A stretch of DNA of 39,636 nucleotides from a virus, in the IMG/VR virus record IMGVR_UViG_3300037851_001094; one strand, given 5' to 3'. Within the stretch, counting starts at the first letter, position 1; the number at the start of each line of letters is the position of its first letter. Of this stretch, positions 38,950 to 39,636 are shown one piece after another. The notes beneath the pieces were generated by a model. That model was not told the DNA's origin. It ran no database searches and worked only from the letters and a program-made list of their open reading frames with translations. Position numbers and translations under genes: made by a program.

Positions 38950-39636
38950 GAAATAATTATAAATCGTTCTTAGGTGTCAAACGTGGGAAATTTACGTGCA
39001 TCGGGGAATTCTGTAAGCTTCCCACGAATGGTCATATCTTTGTACTCTTAAAATGCGACTGCGGGGCTGTCTTTTCGCGTTTAAAACACGCGTTTGCCGT
39101 TACTTCCTATACCATTTGCCCGGAGTGTAACATTCCGAAGCATGGCGATCGATTCGGGCGTCTTACATTCATCTCTTTAGCAACTTATAAGTCAGATCGT
39201 GGCCGTATGGGTGTTTGCAAATGCGACTGCGGAAAAGAGATAGACGTTCCCATTACCAACTTAAAGAACGGCTTTAAAAAATCATGTGGTTGCTGGTATA
39301 AACAACACCTTTTTTCCAAAGACAAGTCTGACCACCATATCGGGAAGAAATATCACCACTTCAAGGTTTTAAAGTCGTTAGGATTGCGCCCAAATGGAAA
39401 ACAACATATCACTTTTTTCCTATGCAAATGCGACTGCGGGCAGAAATTCGAAGTCTCAACCCGCAGAATAGGGATCATAACATCTTGCGGTTGCAAAAGA
39501 AAAGACAGAGGCAAGATAGACTACGAAAAGGCTGAAGAAATTAGAAAAATGTTCTCTTTTGGCTATAAAATATGTCAACTAGCAAAGATGCATAAACTCT
39601 CATACTTCAACATTAGAGATATTATCAATAGACGCT
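38946..39636 (+). CDS. zinc-ribbon-repeat/HTH protein, 5' part (runs off the window end and continues at 128..273)
   Basis: GTGA overlap start at 38946. Three units (LKCDCGAVFS...ICPEC; CKCDCGKEIDVPITNLKNGFKKSCGC; CKCDCGQKFEVSTRRIGIITSCGC); no stop before the window end. Absent from the ORF track because it is open-ended. Confidence 0.65.
   Translation, partial: MRNNYKSFLGVKRGKFTCIGEFCKLPTNGHIFVLLKCDCGAVFSRLKHAFAVTSYTICPECNIPKHGDRFGRLTFISLATYKSDRGRMGVCKCDCGKEIDVPITNLKNGFKKSCGCWYKQHLFSKDKSDHHIGKKYHHFKVLKSLGLRPNGKQHITFFLCKCDCGQKFEVSTRRIGIITSCGCKRKDRGKIDYEKAEEIRKMFSFGYKICQLAKMHKLSYFNIRDIINRR
39510..39636. repeat. Terminal direct repeat copy 2 (exact copy of 1..127)
   Basis: Base-for-base identity with nt 1-127. 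Confidence 0.95.

Noticed and set aside
38725-39500. Regularly recurring aaatgcgactgcgg motifs as a possible CRISPR-like or iteron array
   Set aside because: They are in frame and encode the KCDCG zinc-ribbon motif of two paralogous proteins. Spacing is irregular (168 and 206 nt) and the flanks are not conserved at DNA level.

Overview
The window is one complete tailed dsDNA phage genome. Nt 1-127 are identical to nt 39510-39636 and a gene reads through that junction, so the unit length is 39,509 bp. I could run no searches, so every call rests on motifs, gene order and sequence features read by eye.

Architecture: a long minus-strand late super-operon runs terS/terL (423-2157), across the junction to portal (35528-37543), scaffold (32174-32893), major capsid (31203-32153), tail/nozzle-like proteins (24041-29753), three ejection/internal-virion-like proteins (19384-22674), and seven further fibre/tailspike-like genes (10529-18347). 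There is no tape-measure, tube or sheath gene, so a short-tailed (podovirus-like) virion is inferred.

The plus-strand early/replication arm (2300-8969) carries small, mostly acidic ORFs, a RecB-family nuclease plus ERF annealase, a replisome organizer and a DnaC-like loader. A leftward Cro-like/RusA unit lies at 3964-5194.

The late operon is interrupted five times by antisense (plus-strand) cassettes:
- ParB-like protein plus two zinc-ribbon-repeat proteins (37683 across the junction to 273)
- five tiny membrane/secreted proteins (34698-35513)
- a TM/coiled-coil gene (33071-33316)
- a TM/coiled-coil/AT-hook gene pair (23525-24078)
- a signal-peptide beta-barrel outer-membrane protein (18626-19324)

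Most notable is a receptor-binding arsenal of eight modular fibre genes, about one fifth of the genome. It includes three tandem beta-helix paralogs whose enzyme-like domain is N-terminal and whose shared fibre domain is C-terminal, one of them ending in a C1q/TNF-like domain. Other points: a free-standing HNH endonuclease inside the tail module flanked by a 13-nt direct repeat, a back-to-back terminator pair implying a leftward non-coding transcript beside the replication genes, and no recognisable endolysin, holin, integrase, polymerase, tRNA or CRISPR array. The outer-membrane protein and lipobox proteins suggest a diderm host; its identity cannot be determined from the sequence alone.
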